DNA of 64,000 nucleotides from NCBI RefSeq assembly GCF_055900595.2, contig NZ_CM148325.1; one strand, 5' to 3'. Shown piece by piece: positions 10,645 to 28,197 of this stretch (position 1 is its first letter; each line of letters starts with the position of its first letter). The notes under the pieces were generated by a model. It saw only the letters and a program-made list of their open reading frames with translations, ran no database searches and was not told where the DNA came from. The position numbers and the translations under genes were made by a program.

Positions 10645-13272
10645 ATGAGCGACCTTGCGAGAGAAATTACACCGGTCAACATTGAGGAAGAGCTGAAGAG
10701 CTCCTATCTGGATTATGCGATGTCGGTCATTGTTGGCCGTGCGCTGCCGGATGTCCGAGATGGCCTGAAGCCGGTACACCGTCGCGTACTTTACGCCATG
10801 AACGTACTAGGCAATGACTGGAACAAAGCCTATAAAAAATCTGCCCGTGTCGTTGGTGACGTAATCGGTAAATACCATCCCCATGGTGACTTGGCGGTTT
10901 ATGACACGATCGTCCGTATGGCGCAGCCATTCTCGCTGCGTTACATGTTGGTAGACGGTCAGGGTAACTTCGGTTCCATCGACGGCGACTCTGCGGCGGC
11001 AATGCGTTATACGGAAATCCGTCTGGCGAAAATTGCCCATGAACTGATGGCCGATCTCGAAAAAGAGACGGTCGATTTCGTTGATAACTATGACGGCACG
11101 GAAAAAATTCCGGACGTCATGCCGACCAAAATTCCTAACCTGCTGGTGAACGGTTCTTCCGGTATCGCCGTAGGTATGGCAACCAACATCCCGCCACACA
11201 ACCTGACGGAAGTCATCAACGGTTGTCTGGCGTATATCGATGATGAAGACATCAGCATTGAAGGGCTGATGGAACACATCCCGGGGCCGGACTTCCCGAC
11301 GGCGGCAATCATTAACGGTCGTCGCGGTATCGAAGAAGCTTACCGTACCGGTCGCGGCAAGGTATATATCCGCGCCCGTGCGGAAGTGGAAGTTGACGCC
11401 AAAACCGGGCGTGAAACCATTATCGTCCACGAAATTCCGTATCAGGTGAACAAAGCGCGCCTGATCGAAAAAATTGCGGAACTGGTAAAAGAAAAACGCG
11501 TGGAAGGCATCAGCGCGCTGCGTGACGAGTCTGACAAAGACGGTATGCGCATCGTGATTGAAGTCAAACGCGATGCGGTCGGTGAAGTGGTGCTCAACAA
11601 CCTCTACTCCCAGACCCAGTTGCAGGTTTCTTTCGGTATTAACATGGTGGCATTGCACCATGGTCAGCCGAAGATCATGAACCTGAAAGACATCATCGCT
11701 GCGTTTGTTCGTCACCGCCGTGAAGTGGTGACTCGTCGTACTATTTTCGAGCTGCGTAAAGCTCGCGACCGTGCTCATATCCTTGAAGCATTAGCCGTGG
11801 CGCTGGCAAACATCGATCCGATTATCGAACTGATCCGTCATGCGCCGACGCCTGCAGAAGCGAAAACGGCGCTGGTTGCTAATCCGTGGCAGCTGGGCAA
11901 CGTTGCCGCGATGCTGGAACGTGCGGGCGATGATGCTGCGCGTCCGGAATGGCTGGAGCCAGAGTTCGGCGTGCGTGACGGTCTGTACTACCTGACCGAA
12001 CAGCAAGCTCAGGCAATTCTGGATCTGCGTCTGCAGAAACTGACCGGCCTTGAGCACGAAAAACTGCTCGATGAATACAAAGAGCTGCTGGATCAGATCG
12101 CGGAACTGTTGCGTATTCTTGGTAGCGCCGATCGTCTGATGGAAGTGATCCGCGAAGAGCTGGAGCTGGTTCGTGAACAGTTCGGTGACAAACGTCGTAC
12201 TGAAATCACTGCCAACAGCGCAGACATCAACCTGGAAGATCTGATTACTCAGGAAGATGTGGTAGTGACGCTCTCTCACCAGGGCTACGTTAAGTACCAG
12301 CCGCTTTCTGAATACGAAGCGCAGCGTCGTGGCGGGAAAGGTAAATCTGCCGCACGTATCAAAGAAGAAGACTTTATCGACCGACTGCTGGTGGCGAATA
12401 CTCACGATCATATCCTGTGCTTCTCCAGCCGTGGTCGCGTCTATTCGATGAAAGTCTACCAGTTACCGGAAGCGACTCGTGGCGCGCGTGGTCGTCCGAT
12501 CGTCAACCTGCTGCCGCTGGAACAGGACGAACGTATCACCGCGATCCTGCCGGTGACTGAGTTTGAAGAAGGTGTGAAAGTCTTCATGGCGACCGCTAAC
12601 GGTACTGTGAAGAAAACCGTCCTCACCGAGTTCAACCGTCTGCGTACCGCCGGTAAAGTGGCGATCAAACTGGTTGACGGCGATGAGCTGATCGGCGTTG
12701 ACCTGACCAGCGGCGAAGACGAAGTAATGCTGTTCTCCGCTGAAGGTAAAGTGGTGCGCTTTAAAGAGTCTTCTGTCCGTGCGATGGGCTGCAACACCAC
12801 CGGTGTTCGCGGTATTCGCTTAGGTGAAGGCGATAAAGTCGTCTCTCTGATCGTGCCTCGTGGCGATGGTGCAATCCTCACCGCAACGCAAAATGGTTAC
12901 GGTAAACGTACTGCGGTAGCGGAATACCCGACTAAGTCGCGTGCGACGAAAGGGGTTATCTCCATCAAGGTTACCGAACGTAACGGTTTAGTGGTTGGCG
13001 CGGTGCAGGTAGATGACTGCGACCAGATCATGATGATCACCGATGCCGGTACGCTGGTACGTACTCGCGTTTCTGAAATCAGCATCGTGGGCCGTAACAC
13101 CCAGGGCGTGATCCTTATCCGTACTGCGGAAGATGAAAACGTGGTGGGTCTGCAACGTGTTGCTGAACCGGTTGACGAGGAAGATCTGGATACCATCGAC
13201 GGCAGTGCTGCGGAAGGGGACGATGAAATCGCTCCGGAAGTGGACGTTGACGACGAGCCAGAAGAAGAATAA
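10645..13272 (+). CDS. gyrA: DNA gyrase subunit A; codon 83 encodes Leu (S83L quinolone-resistance allele)
   Basis: 875-aa [50 protein letters not shown]...; QRDR reads [11 protein letters not shown], with codon 83 = TTG at 10891-10893 and Asp87 = GAC unchanged. Acidic C-terminal tail. Confidence 0.98.
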   Translation: MSDLAREITPVNIEEELKSSYLDYAMSVIVGRALPDVRDGLKPVHRRVLYAMNVLGNDWNKAYKKSARVVGDVIGKYHPHGDLAVYDTIVRMAQPFSLRYMLVDGQGNFGSIDGDSAAAMRYTEIRLAKIAHELMADLEKETVDFVDNYDGTEKIPDVMPTKIPNLLVNGSSGIAVGMATNIPPHNLTEVINGCLAYIDDEDISIEGLMEHIPGPDFPTAAIINGRRGIEEAYRTGRGKVYIRARAEVEVDAKTGRETIIVHEIPYQVNKARLIEKIAELVKEKRVEGISALRDESDKDGMRIVIEVKRDAVGEVVLNNLYSQTQLQVSFGINMVALHHGQPKIMNLKDIIAAFVRHRREVVTRRTIFELRKARDRAHILEALAVALANIDPIIELIRHAPTPAEAKTALVANPWQLGNVAAMLERAGDDAARPEWLEPEFGVRDGLYYLTEQQAQAILDLRLQKLTGLEHEKLLDEYKELLDQIAELLRILGSADRLMEVIREELELVREQFGDKRRTEITANSADINLEDLITQEDVVVTLSHQGYVKYQPLSEYEAQRRGGKGKSAARIKEEDFIDRLLVANTHDHILCFSSRGRVYSMKVYQLPEATRGARGRPIVNLLPLEQDERITAILPVTEFEEGVKVFMATANGTVKKTVLTEFNRLRTAGKVAIKLVDGDELIGVDLTSGEDEVMLFSAEGKVVRFKESSVRAMGCNTTGVRGIRLGEGDKVVSLIVPRGDGAILTATQNGYGKRTAVAEYPTKSRATKGVISIKVTERNGLVVGAVQVDDCDQIMMITDAGTLVRTRVSEISIVGRNTQGVILIRTAEDENVVGLQRVAEPVDEEDLDTIDGSAAEGDDEIAPEVDVDDEPEEE

Positions 13273-13290
13273 TTTCATCGCCTCATGCCA

Positions 13291-13314
13291 AAAGGGAGTT
13301 ATCTCCCTTTTTTG
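13291..13314 (+). terminator. Rho-independent terminator of gyrA
   Basis: aaagggag-ttat-ctcccttt stem-loop followed by a T-run, about 20 nt after the gyrA stop. Confidence 0.6.
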
Positions 13315-13418
13315 AATTGAAGTCCAGGCTGCAAAGTCTGGGCTTTTGTCGTATTAGGGCGCGGTAAAGTTTTGCTGTACCCATAAAAAATGGCTGGCTT
13401 TACACAAGGAATGTGGCA

Positions 13419-20265
<6,847 letters not shown>

Positions 20266-21915
20266 GTGAACTGGCGCAGAATCGTCTGGCTATTAGCGTT
20301 GGTTACTCTGCCAACGCTTGCGGAGGAGACGCCGTTACAACTGGCGCTGCGGGGCGCGCAGCACGATCTACTGTATCAGCTGTCGTCATCAGGCGTGACC
20401 AAAGTCTCGGCATTACCTGACACACTCACCACGCCGTTAGGGAGTTTGTGGAAACTGTATGTTTACGCCTGGCTGGAGGATACCCATCAACCAGAGCAGC
20501 CCTACCAGTGTCGCGGAAACTCCCCGGAAGAGGTTTATTGTTGTCAGGCTGGGGAGAGCATAACGCGCGATACCGCGCTGGTACGCTCCTGTGGACTCTA
20601 TTTTGCGCCGCAACGGTTGCATATTGGTGCAGATGTTTGGGGGCAATACTGGCAACGGCGTCAGGCACCTGCGTGGTTAGCGTCTCTTCCGACGCTGAAG
20701 CCAGAAACCTCGGTAACGGTTAAATCGCTGCTTGATTCATTAGCGACGTTACCCGCGCAAAACAAAGCTCAGGAAATCTTACTGGATGTGGTGCTGGACG
20801 AGGCGAAAATCGGTGTCGCATCCATGCTCGGTAGTCGGGTACGGGTGAAAACCTGGAGCTGGTTTGCCGATGATGGGCAGGAAATCCGGCAGGGTGGTTT
20901 TGCCGGCTGGTTAACGGATGGTACACCGCTGTGGGTTACTGGCAGTGGCACCAGCAAAACGGTACTGACCCGTTATGCGACGGTGCTTAATCGGGTATTG
21001 CCAGTGCCGACGCAAGTTGCCAGTGGGCAATGTGTAGAGGTGGAGCTGTTTGCCCGTTATCCGCTGAAGAAAATCACGGCGGAAAAGAGTACGACAGCAG
21101 TAAAACCCGGCGTACTTAATGGGCGCTATCGTGTGACGTTTGCCAATGGTAACCACATTACGTTTGTCAGCCACGGTGAGACGACCTTACTGACAGAAAA
21201 GGGCAAACTGAAATTGCAGTCGCATCTTGATCGTGAAGAGTACGTTGCCAGAGTACTGGATCGCGAGGCGAAAAGTACGCCCCCTGAGGCAGCGAAAGCT
21301 ATGACCGTGGCGATTCGCACTTTTTTACAGCAAAACGCCAATCGGGAAGGCGATTGCCTGACCATCCCTGACAGCAGCGCCACGCAGCGTGTTTCTGCTT
21401 CGCCAGCTACCACGGGGGCGCGAATGATGACCGCCTGGACGCAGGATCTCATCTATGCGGGCGACCCGGTCCATTATCACGGCAGTCGCGCTACCGAAGG
21501 GACGCTTTCCTGGCGGCAAGCCACCGCCCAGGCGGGGCAGGGAGAGCGTTACGACCAGATACTCGCGTTTGCTTATCCCGACAATAGCCTTAGCCGCTGG
21601 GGAGCGCCACGCTCAACCTGCCAGTTATTACCCAAAGCGAAGGCCTGGCTGGCGAAAAAAATGCCGCAGTGGCGGGGTATGTTACAAGGCGAGACGGGGT
21701 ACAACGAACCAGACGTGTTTGCGGTCTGCCGTTTAGTCTCAGGTTTCCCCTATACCGATCGGCAGCAGAAACGGCTGTTTATTCGTAACTTCTTTACGCT
21801 TCAGGATCGGCTTGATTTAACCCATGAGTATCTGCACCTGGCCTTTGATGGTTATCCCACCGGGCTTGATGAGAACTATATCGAAACGCTGACCCGACAA
21901 TTATTAATGGACTAA
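20266..21915 (+). CDS. yfaQ: YfaQ, DUF2300-family protein
   Basis: 549-aa ORF starting at a GTG immediately after the yfaS stop; signal peptide MNWRRIVWLLALVTLPTLA; operon context. Confidence 0.8.
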   Translation: MNWRRIVWLLALVTLPTLAEETPLQLALRGAQHDLLYQLSSSGVTKVSALPDTLTTPLGSLWKLYVYAWLEDTHQPEQPYQCRGNSPEEVYCCQAGESITRDTALVRSCGLYFAPQRLHIGADVWGQYWQRRQAPAWLASLPTLKPETSVTVKSLLDSLATLPAQNKAQEILLDVVLDEAKIGVASMLGSRVRVKTWSWFADDGQEIRQGGFAGWLTDGTPLWVTGSGTSKTVLTRYATVLNRVLPVPTQVASGQCVEVELFARYPLKKITAEKSTTAVKPGVLNGRYRVTFANGNHITFVSHGETTLLTEKGKLKLQSHLDREEYVARVLDREAKSTPPEAAKAMTVAIRTFLQQNANREGDCLTIPDSSATQRVSASPATTGARMMTAWTQDLIYAGDPVHYHGSRATEGTLSWRQATAQAGQGERYDQILAFAYPDNSLSRWGAPRSTCQLLPKAKAWLAKKMPQWRGMLQGETGYNEPDVFAVCRLVSGFPYTDRQQKRLFIRNFFTLQDRLDLTHEYLHLAFDGYPTGLDENYIETLTRQLLMD

Positions 21916-21919
21916 TGCT

Positions 21920-22696
21920 ATGCGAAAGATTTTTCTTCCGTTGTTACTGGTGGCGCTTTCGCCTGTCGCTCACAGTGAAGGTGTACAGGAAGTCGAGATT
22001 GATGCACCGCTCTCTGGCTGGCATCCGGCAGAGGGTGAAGATGCCAGCTTTTCACAATCGATCAATTACCCCGCGTCGTCCGTCAACATGGCAGATGATC
22101 AAAATATCTCAGCGCAGATCCGCGGCAAAATAAAGAATTATGCGGCGGCGGGTAAAGTTCAGCAGGGCCGGTTGGTGGTCAACGGTGCCAGTATGCCGCA
22201 GAGAATTGAATCCGATGGTTCATTTGCACGCCCTTATATTTTCACTGAAGGCAGCAACAGCGTGCAGGTCATCAGCCCAGATGGGCAAAGCCGACAAAAA
22301 ATGCAGTTTTACTCAACGCCGGGCGCTGGAGTGATCCGCGCGCGTTTACGGCTGGTTCTCTCCTGGGATACGGACAATACCGACCTCGATCTTCACGTTG
22401 TCACACCTGATGGCGAACACGCCTGGTACGGTAACACCGTGCTGAAAAACAGTGGTGCACTGGATATGGATGTCACGACGGGGTACGGACCCGAGATTTT
22501 CGCCATGCCAGCGCCGATTCACGGACGTTATCAGGTGTATATCAACTACTATGGCGGACGCAGCGAAACGGAATTGACGACCGCCCAACTGACGCTGATC
22601 ACCGATGAAGGATCGGTCAATGAGAAACAGGAAACTTTCATTGTACCGATGCGTAATGCTGGCGAGTTGACGCTGGTGAAAAGTTTTGACTGGTGA
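21920..22696 (+). CDS. yfaP: YfaP, DUF2135-family exported protein
   Basis: 258-aa ORF with signal peptide MRKIFLPLLLVALSPVAHS; last gene of the yfaATSQP cluster. Confidence 0.8.
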   Translation: MRKIFLPLLLVALSPVAHSEGVQEVEIDAPLSGWHPAEGEDASFSQSINYPASSVNMADDQNISAQIRGKIKNYAAAGKVQQGRLVVNGASMPQRIESDGSFARPYIFTEGSNSVQVISPDGQSRQKMQFYSTPGAGVIRARLRLVLSWDTDNTDLDLHVVTPDGEHAWYGNTVLKNSGALDMDVTTGYGPEIFAMPAPIHGRYQVYINYYGGRSETELTTAQLTLITDEGSVNEKQETFIVPMRNAGELTLVKSFDW

Positions 22697-22727
22697 TTAC
22701 TGAGGTTATCTTTACTGTCAATGTTCA

Positions 22728-22755
22728 AGACAACGCCCGATGACTTTCGCTATCG
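22728..22755 (+). terminator. Rho-independent terminator after yfaP
   Basis: aacgcccgat-gactttcgct-atcgggcgtt hairpin followed by ttttt, in the convergent yfaP/atoB gap. Confidence 0.5.
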
Positions 22756-22769
22756 GGCGTTTTTAAATG

Positions 22770-23954
22770 TTAATTCAATCGTTCAATCACCATCGCAATT
22801 CCTTGACCGCCGCCAATGCACAACGTTGCCAGACCCAGCGTTTTATCGCGTGCCTGCATTGCATGTAATAGTGTGACCAGAATACGCGCACCGCTGGCGC
22901 CGATAGGATGCCCCAGCGCGATGGCCCCACCGTTGACATTCACTTTCTCAGGATCAAAGCCCAGTGTTTTCCCAACGGCAAGGAATTGCGCGGCAAATGC
23001 TTCATTGGCTTCGATAAGATCAATGTCTGCCAGCTGCAGCCCCGCCAGTTGTAACGCTTTTTGCGTGGCAGGTACTGGCCCCATACCCATCAATGCGGGG
23101 GGCACGCCACCGCTGGCATAACTTTTAATGCGAGCCAAGGGGGTAAGGCCTGCTGCCAGCGCCGTAGATTCTTCCATAATCACCAGAGCGGCAGCACCGT
23201 CGTTAATACCTGACGCGTTCCCGGCGGTGACAGTACCTGCTTTATCGAAGGCCGGACGCAATGCAGCCAGAGCTTCTGTAGTAGAATCTGGTTTCGGGAA
23301 TTCGTCTTGACTGAAGACGAGGGTTTTCTTTCGAGTGACAACATTTACCGGGACGATTTCGGCTGTAAAAGCACCGGACTCAATTGCGGCAGCCGCTTTA
23401 CGCTGTGAATGTAGCGCCAGTTCATCCTGCATTTCACGGGTAATTCCGTACTCTTTAGCCACGTTTTCGGCGGTAATTCCCATATGATAACCATGGGTGG
23501 CGCACATCAGACCATCGCGCAGGATTACGTCATAAACCTGTCCGTCTCCAAGACGATAACCAGAGCGTGCTTTTGCATCGAGTAAGTAGGGCGCTAAACT
23601 CATATTTTCCATACCCCCCGCCACAATGCTTTGCGCCTGACCTGCCTGAATTGCCTGGGCGGCAAGCGCCACACTTTTAAGACCCGAACCACACACTTTA
23701 TTGACCGTGAATCCGCACACTGTTTCGGCCAGTCCGCTTTTTAACAGTGCCTGACGCGCCGGATTTTGCCCCAGCCCGGCTTGCAACACGTTACCCATAA
23801 TCACTTCATCGATATGTTGTGAATCGATTTTTGCGCGTTCAATAGCGGCCTGAATTACTGTTGCTCCCAGATCGATGGCGCTGGTGGAGGCGAGTGAACC
23901 ATTAAAACTCCCGATGGCAGTACGTACCGCACTGACGATGACACAATTTTTCAT
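22770..23954 (-). CDS. atoB: Acetyl-CoA acetyltransferase (thiolase II)
   Basis: 394-aa [25 protein letters not shown]...; thiolase active-site regions; recognised AtoB. Confidence 0.95.
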   Translation of the reverse strand: MKNCVIVSAVRTAIGSFNGSLASTSAIDLGATVIQAAIERAKIDSQHIDEVIMGNVLQAGLGQNPARQALLKSGLAETVCGFTVNKVCGSGLKSVALAAQAIQAGQAQSIVAGGMENMSLAPYLLDAKARSGYRLGDGQVYDVILRDGLMCATHGYHMGITAENVAKEYGITREMQDELALHSQRKAAAAIESGAFTAEIVPVNVVTRKKTLVFSQDEFPKPDSTTEALAALRPAFDKAGTVTAGNASGINDGAAALVIMEESTALAAGLTPLARIKSYASGGVPPALMGMGPVPATQKALQLAGLQLADIDLIEANEAFAAQFLAVGKTLGFDPEKVNVNGGAIALGHPIGASGARILVTLLHAMQARDKTLGLATLCIGGGQGIAMVIERLN

Positions 23955-23984
23955 TTTATATTCCTTCTGTCTGTAAAGTTGCCG

Positions 23985-25307
23985 TCAGAACAGCGTTAAA
24001 CCAATGACGAAAATGACGCCGGAGAAAAGCAGGGCAGTGATGCAATAGCCCATGATGTCACGGACACCGAGTCCGGCGATTGCCAGTGCTGGCAGCGCCC
24101 AGAACGGTTGTGCCATGTTCATCCATTGCTCGCCGTAGGCGATCGCCATTACCGATTTACCGAGATCGGCTCCCAGCGCCTGGGCTGCAGGTATCACGAA
24201 AGGTCCCTGAATAACCCAGTGACCGCCGCCAGACGGAACGGCGAAATTAATCAGTGCAGAACTAAAGAAGGTCATTACCGGGAAGGTGTCTTTGTTCGCA
24301 ACATTGATGAAGAATTCAGTAATGAGCCCACCCAGACCGGAGTGCTCCATCATCAGTTGGATCCCGGCGTAGAAGGGGAATTGCACCAGAATTCCGGCGG
24401 TACTGCGCGCAGCCGCGCTGATAGCACGCATATAAGCCATTGGCGTTTTATGTAGCAGCAGACCCGCAATCATAAACATCAGATTGACGGTATTGATGGT
24501 GATGTTGAAGCCATGTTCGCTGAAGTACATCGCCAGGTAAGCGATACCGAGTGCGCCGATGATCAACGTCAGGATGCGACTTTCCTCCAGTCGCTCGGAT
24601 GGTGGGGCATCTTTCGGTAGCTGCTTCTGAAAATCAGCCTCTTCCATGAGTAGTTTCGGATCGATACTCACCACGTCGGAGGGTTTTGGCATCATCATGC
24701 GGGTAATAAATGGCATCACCACAATCAATGCCACAGTGATGAAAATGTTAAAACCACTGAACAGAGTATCGCCCACCGGGATAAGCCCGGCGATATGCTC
24801 AACCGGATTGCCCGGTGTGGCAGCCAACAGAGGCATTGAACCAGAGAAACCGCCACCCCAGGTGAGAAAACCAATGTAGGCGCAGGCAATGAGCAACGGA
24901 TAATCAGAACCGGGTACTCGCCGGGCGACTTCACGGGCGAACATTGCACCGACAACCAAACCAAATCCCCAGTTGATGACACAAGCGACTGAACCGAAGA
25001 AAGTAACCAGCATGACGCCCTGTACGGGCGTCTTTGCGGCGGAAGCGGCAGTACGCAGCAAGCTTTTCACCGGAGCAGAGCTGGCAAGGGCATGACCGGT
25101 AACGATGATAAGCGCCATCTGCATACCGAACGCCAGCAAGTTCCAGAAACCGTCCCCCCACATTTTCACCATGCTGATCGGCGTTTGTGGTGTTAACCAA
25201 AGCGCGATCACGAACGTTAGCAATGTCAGCAACATGGCAAAGATCAGTGGATCGGGAAGCCACCGGCTGACAAAACGCGTCATAAAACGCGAGAGGCGAC
25301 CAATCAT
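23985..25307 (-). CDS. atoE: Short-chain fatty acid transporter
   Basis: 440-aa polytopic membrane ORF between atoA and atoB; recognised AtoE. Confidence 0.9.
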   Translation of the reverse strand: MIGRLSRFMTRFVSRWLPDPLIFAMLLTLLTFVIALWLTPQTPISMVKMWGDGFWNLLAFGMQMALIIVTGHALASSAPVKSLLRTAASAAKTPVQGVMLVTFFGSVACVINWGFGLVVGAMFAREVARRVPGSDYPLLIACAYIGFLTWGGGFSGSMPLLAATPGNPVEHIAGLIPVGDTLFSGFNIFITVALIVVMPFITRMMMPKPSDVVSIDPKLLMEEADFQKQLPKDAPPSERLEESRILTLIIGALGIAYLAMYFSEHGFNITINTVNLMFMIAGLLLHKTPMAYMRAISAAARSTAGILVQFPFYAGIQLMMEHSGLGGLITEFFINVANKDTFPVMTFFSSALINFAVPSGGGHWVIQGPFVIPAAQALGADLGKSVMAIAYGEQWMNMAQPFWALPALAIAGLGVRDIMGYCITALLFSGVIFVIGLTLF

Positions 25308-25954
25308 AAATCACCCCGCTGCGTATTCAGATCGGCGGCGACTTCAAACTGAGCTTCGGTTTTGGCACGCACGGTGGCTAAATCACACCCGTCGGCAATT
25401 TCGGTGAGCCACATTTTGCCGTCAATGAAACGAAAGACAGCCAGTTCAGTGACCAGCATATGCACCGCGTGTTGCGCAGTGAGCGGCATGGTGCAGCGGC
25501 GCAAAATTTTTGCTGAACCATCTTTGGCGCAATGTTCCATGGCAATGATCACTTTGCGTGCCCCGGTCACCAGATCCATCGCGCCACCCATACCGGGCAC
25601 CATTTTTCCAGGCACTACCCAGTTCGCGAGGTTGGCTTCTTCGTCTACCTGCAAACCACCGAGTACGCAGGCATCAATATGACCACCACGAATCAGCGCA
25701 AACGACATTGCGCTGTCGAACATCGCTGCGCCGGGTAAAATGCCGCATGGTTGCCCGCCAGCGTTCACCAGATCTGGATGCGCTGTAGTGACTGGGCCTA
25801 AACCGAGGAAGCCATTTTCCGATTGCAGAGTGATATGAATATCCTCCGGTAAATAATTGGCGACCATTGTGGGTAAACCGATCCCTAAGTTAACGATGTC
25901 ACCATCACGAAGCTCTTGCGCCACACGGCGCGCAATACGTTGTTTCGCATCCAT
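25304..25954 (-). CDS. atoA: Acetate CoA-transferase beta subunit
   Basis: 216-aa [32 protein letters not shown]...; ATGA overlap with atoE. Confidence 0.93.
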   Translation of the reverse strand: MDAKQRIARRVAQELRDGDIVNLGIGLPTMVANYLPEDIHITLQSENGFLGLGPVTTAHPDLVNAGGQPCGILPGAAMFDSAMSFALIRGGHIDACVLGGLQVDEEANLANWVVPGKMVPGMGGAMDLVTGARKVIIAMEHCAKDGSAKILRRCTMPLTAQHAVHMLVTELAVFRFIDGKMWLTEIADGCDLATVRAKTEAQFEVAADLNTQRGDL

Positions 25955-26616
25955 TATTTGCTCTCCTGTGAAACGATGATGTGGTCGATAACGGCACCAG
26001 GGGTGACAATATGGTCAGGTTGCAGTTCGCCGGTTTCGACCAGTTCATCTGGCTCCACCAGCGTGATATCAGCCGCAAGGGCAATCAGGGGGTTAAAGTT
26101 GCGGGCGCTAAGTTGGTAGGTCAGGTTGCCAAGTGTGTCGCAACGATGGGCGCGAATGAGCGCCAGGTCGGCGCGCAGTGGACGTTCAAGCAGCCAGGTT
26201 TTACCGTCGAGTGTCAGCGTCTGTTTGCCTTCCTCTACGACGGTGCCGACACCAGTTGGCGTGAGAAAACCACCAAGTCCAGCTCCACCACAGCGAATTT
26301 GCTCAATCAATGTACCTTGCGGTACGAGAACGACCTCCATTTCGCCAGAAATCATGCGCCGTCCGGTTTCCGGGTTGGTGCCGATATGTGAAGCAATTAC
26401 TTTGCGGACTCGACCATTGACGATGAGCGGACCGATGCCGGTATCAACAAACGCGGTATCATTGGCTATCAATGTCAGGTCGCGAACGCCAGATTCCAGT
26501 AATGCTTCCACCAGGCGGGATGGAGTGCCAATTCCCATAAATCCGCCCACCATGATGGTCATGCCGTCACGAAAGAAGCCGGAGGCGTCTTGTAATGTCA
26601 TCAATTTTGTTTTCAT
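25954..26616 (-). CDS. atoD: Acetate CoA-transferase alpha subunit
   Basis: 220-aa [35 protein letters not shown]...; start of atoA overlaps its stop. Confidence 0.93.
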   Translation of the reverse strand: MKTKLMTLQDASGFFRDGMTIMVGGFMGIGTPSRLVEALLESGVRDLTLIANDTAFVDTGIGPLIVNGRVRKVIASHIGTNPETGRRMISGEMEVVLVPQGTLIEQIRCGGAGLGGFLTPTGVGTVVEEGKQTLTLDGKTWLLERPLRADLALIRAHRCDTLGNLTYQLSARNFNPLIALAADITLVEPDELVETGELQPDHIVTPGAVIDHIIVSQESK

Positions 26617-26661
26617 TATTTATCCCTCTTGCATACACCGTTGTGGGTACAGTCAGGGAAT

Positions 26662-26677
26662 AGCAAGGGGAGTGCCA
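26662..26677 (-). promoter_or_regulatory. Sigma-54 (RpoN) -24/-12 promoter of atoDAEB
   Basis: Minus-strand sequence TGGCAC-tcccc-TTGCT matches the sigma-54 consensus TGGCAC-N5-TTGCW, about 45 nt upstream of the atoD start; consistent with AtoC being an NtrC-family activator. Confidence 0.6.
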
Positions 26678-26759
26678 GAATGAAAATGTTTGATATTGTT
26701 TTTTAACTCATTGAATAGTAAAGAATAAATAAGGTAGGGATTAAGAGGTTGAATGAACG

Positions 26760-26800
26760 GCTATGCAGAAATTTGCGCACTGTGCAAATTTCTGCATAGC
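26760..26800. promoter_or_regulatory. AtoC enhancer-like binding site (perfect 20-bp inverted repeat)
   Basis: gctatgcagaaatttgcgca / c / tgtgcaaatttctgcatagc, a near-perfect palindrome about 100 bp upstream of the sigma-54 promoter, between the atoC stop and atoD. Confidence 0.6.
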
Positions 26801-26811
26801 AAGTTTTGGTG

Positions 26812-28197
26812 TTATACATCCGCCGGATCGATACCGTATTCCTGGAGTTTATACATCAATGCCCGGCGACTAATACCTAGCATTAAAGCAGTGCGGGTTC
26901 GGTTTCCTTCTTGTTGTTCCAGCACTTCCATAATGATGCGTTTTTCGACGCGTTTTATTTCCTCTTTTAAATTACGCTCACCGGCAGGAGCTGTTTTTGC
27001 CTCACCGACATTACAGACTGGCTGACGAATCTGCGGCGGAAGGTCTTCAGAAAAAATGATCGGGCCTGAGTTCATCACGACGGCGCGTTCAATGACGTTG
27101 GAAAGTTCTCGAATATTACCCGGCCATGACCAGGCGGTAAGCAGCGACATTGCCATCGGATCGATGTCGATAATATCGCGCTGATTCTCACTACTGAATT
27201 TTTGCAAAAAGTGATTAGCTAACAGGGAAATATCTTCCCGACGATCGCGCAGAGGCGGCAGTATTAAATGAATAACGTTAAGGCGATAAAAGAGATCTTC
27301 ACGGAAGGTGCCTTCTTTTACCATTGCCTGCAAGTCACGGTTGGTGGCTGCAATGATGCGGATATCAACTTTTATGGTCTGATGACCGCCAATCCGTTCA
27401 AATTCCCGTTCCTGCAGAATGCGTAGTAATTTGGCTTGCAGTACCAGCGGCATTTCGCCAATTTCGTCAAGGAGCAGAGTACCTTCGTTGGCACGTTCAA
27501 ATAATCCCTGACGTAGGGTTTGTGCACCAGTAAATGCGCCTTTTTCATGACCAAACAGTTCACTTTCGAGCAACGATTCCGGCAGTGCCGCGCAGTTGAC
27601 TTTAATGAACGGCCCCTTTGCCCGCCGCGAATTGTAGTGAATCGCTCTGGCAATCAACTCTTTCCCGGTGCCGCTTTCACCGCTAATCAAGACGCTGGCC
27701 TGAGAAAGGGCAATTTTGGCGGTGTCTTTGCAGATGTCCATCATCGCCGGGCTGTTGGTGATAATGTGCCCCCATTGCCAGCTGGTGCTAAGTGCCTGGT
27801 GCAGATGACGGATCTCTTTTTTCATTGACTGGAGTTGTAAAGCGCGCTGAACGATTAAATTCAACTCATCGAGATCAAACGGTTTGATAACATAGTCGAA
27901 GGCTCCGCAGCGTAGTGCTTCGACGGCGGTTTCCACTTCAGCATAGGCCGTCATCAGAATAACGGGTGTCCGTGTCTCATGGCTGCGCATCTCCTTTAGT
28001 GCCTTGATGCCGTCCATCTCTGGCATGCGGATATCCATCAACACCACGTCAGGGTGAATATCGGCAAACAGGTGTAATGCTGTGCGCCCGTTGTTCGCAC
28101 AATGTGTTTCGAATCCTTGTAGTGCAAAAGCGGTGCTCAGCATACGGCGAACATTATCTTCATCATCCACAATAAGGATGCGATTAATAGCAGTCAT
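26812..28197 (-). CDS. atoC: Sigma-54-dependent response regulator AtoC (NtrC family)
   Basis: 461-aa ORF with receiver domain (ILIVDDEDNVRRML), AAA+ sigma-54 interaction domain (GESGTGKE, GAFTGA) and C-terminal HTH. Confidence 0.95.
   Translation of the reverse strand: MTAINRILIVDDEDNVRRMLSTAFALQGFETHCANNGRTALHLFADIHPDVVLMDIRMPEMDGIKALKEMRSHETRTPVILMTAYAEVETAVEALRCGAFDYVIKPFDLDELNLIVQRALQLQSMKKEIRHLHQALSTSWQWGHIITNSPAMMDICKDTAKIALSQASVLISGESGTGKELIARAIHYNSRRAKGPFIKVNCAALPESLLESELFGHEKGAFTGAQTLRQGLFERANEGTLLLDEIGEMPLVLQAKLLRILQEREFERIGGHQTIKVDIRIIAATNRDLQAMVKEGTFREDLFYRLNVIHLILPPLRDRREDISLLANHFLQKFSSENQRDIIDIDPMAMSLLTAWSWPGNIRELSNVIERAVVMNSGPIIFSEDLPPQIRQPVCNVGEAKTAPAGERNLKEEIKRVEKRIIMEVLEQQEGNRTRTALMLGISRRALMYKLQEYGIDPADV

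Noticed and set aside
10807-11778. 323-aa minus-strand ORF inside gyrA (and several others at 11791-13278)
   Set aside because: Antisense shadow ORFs within an essential, well-recognised gene.
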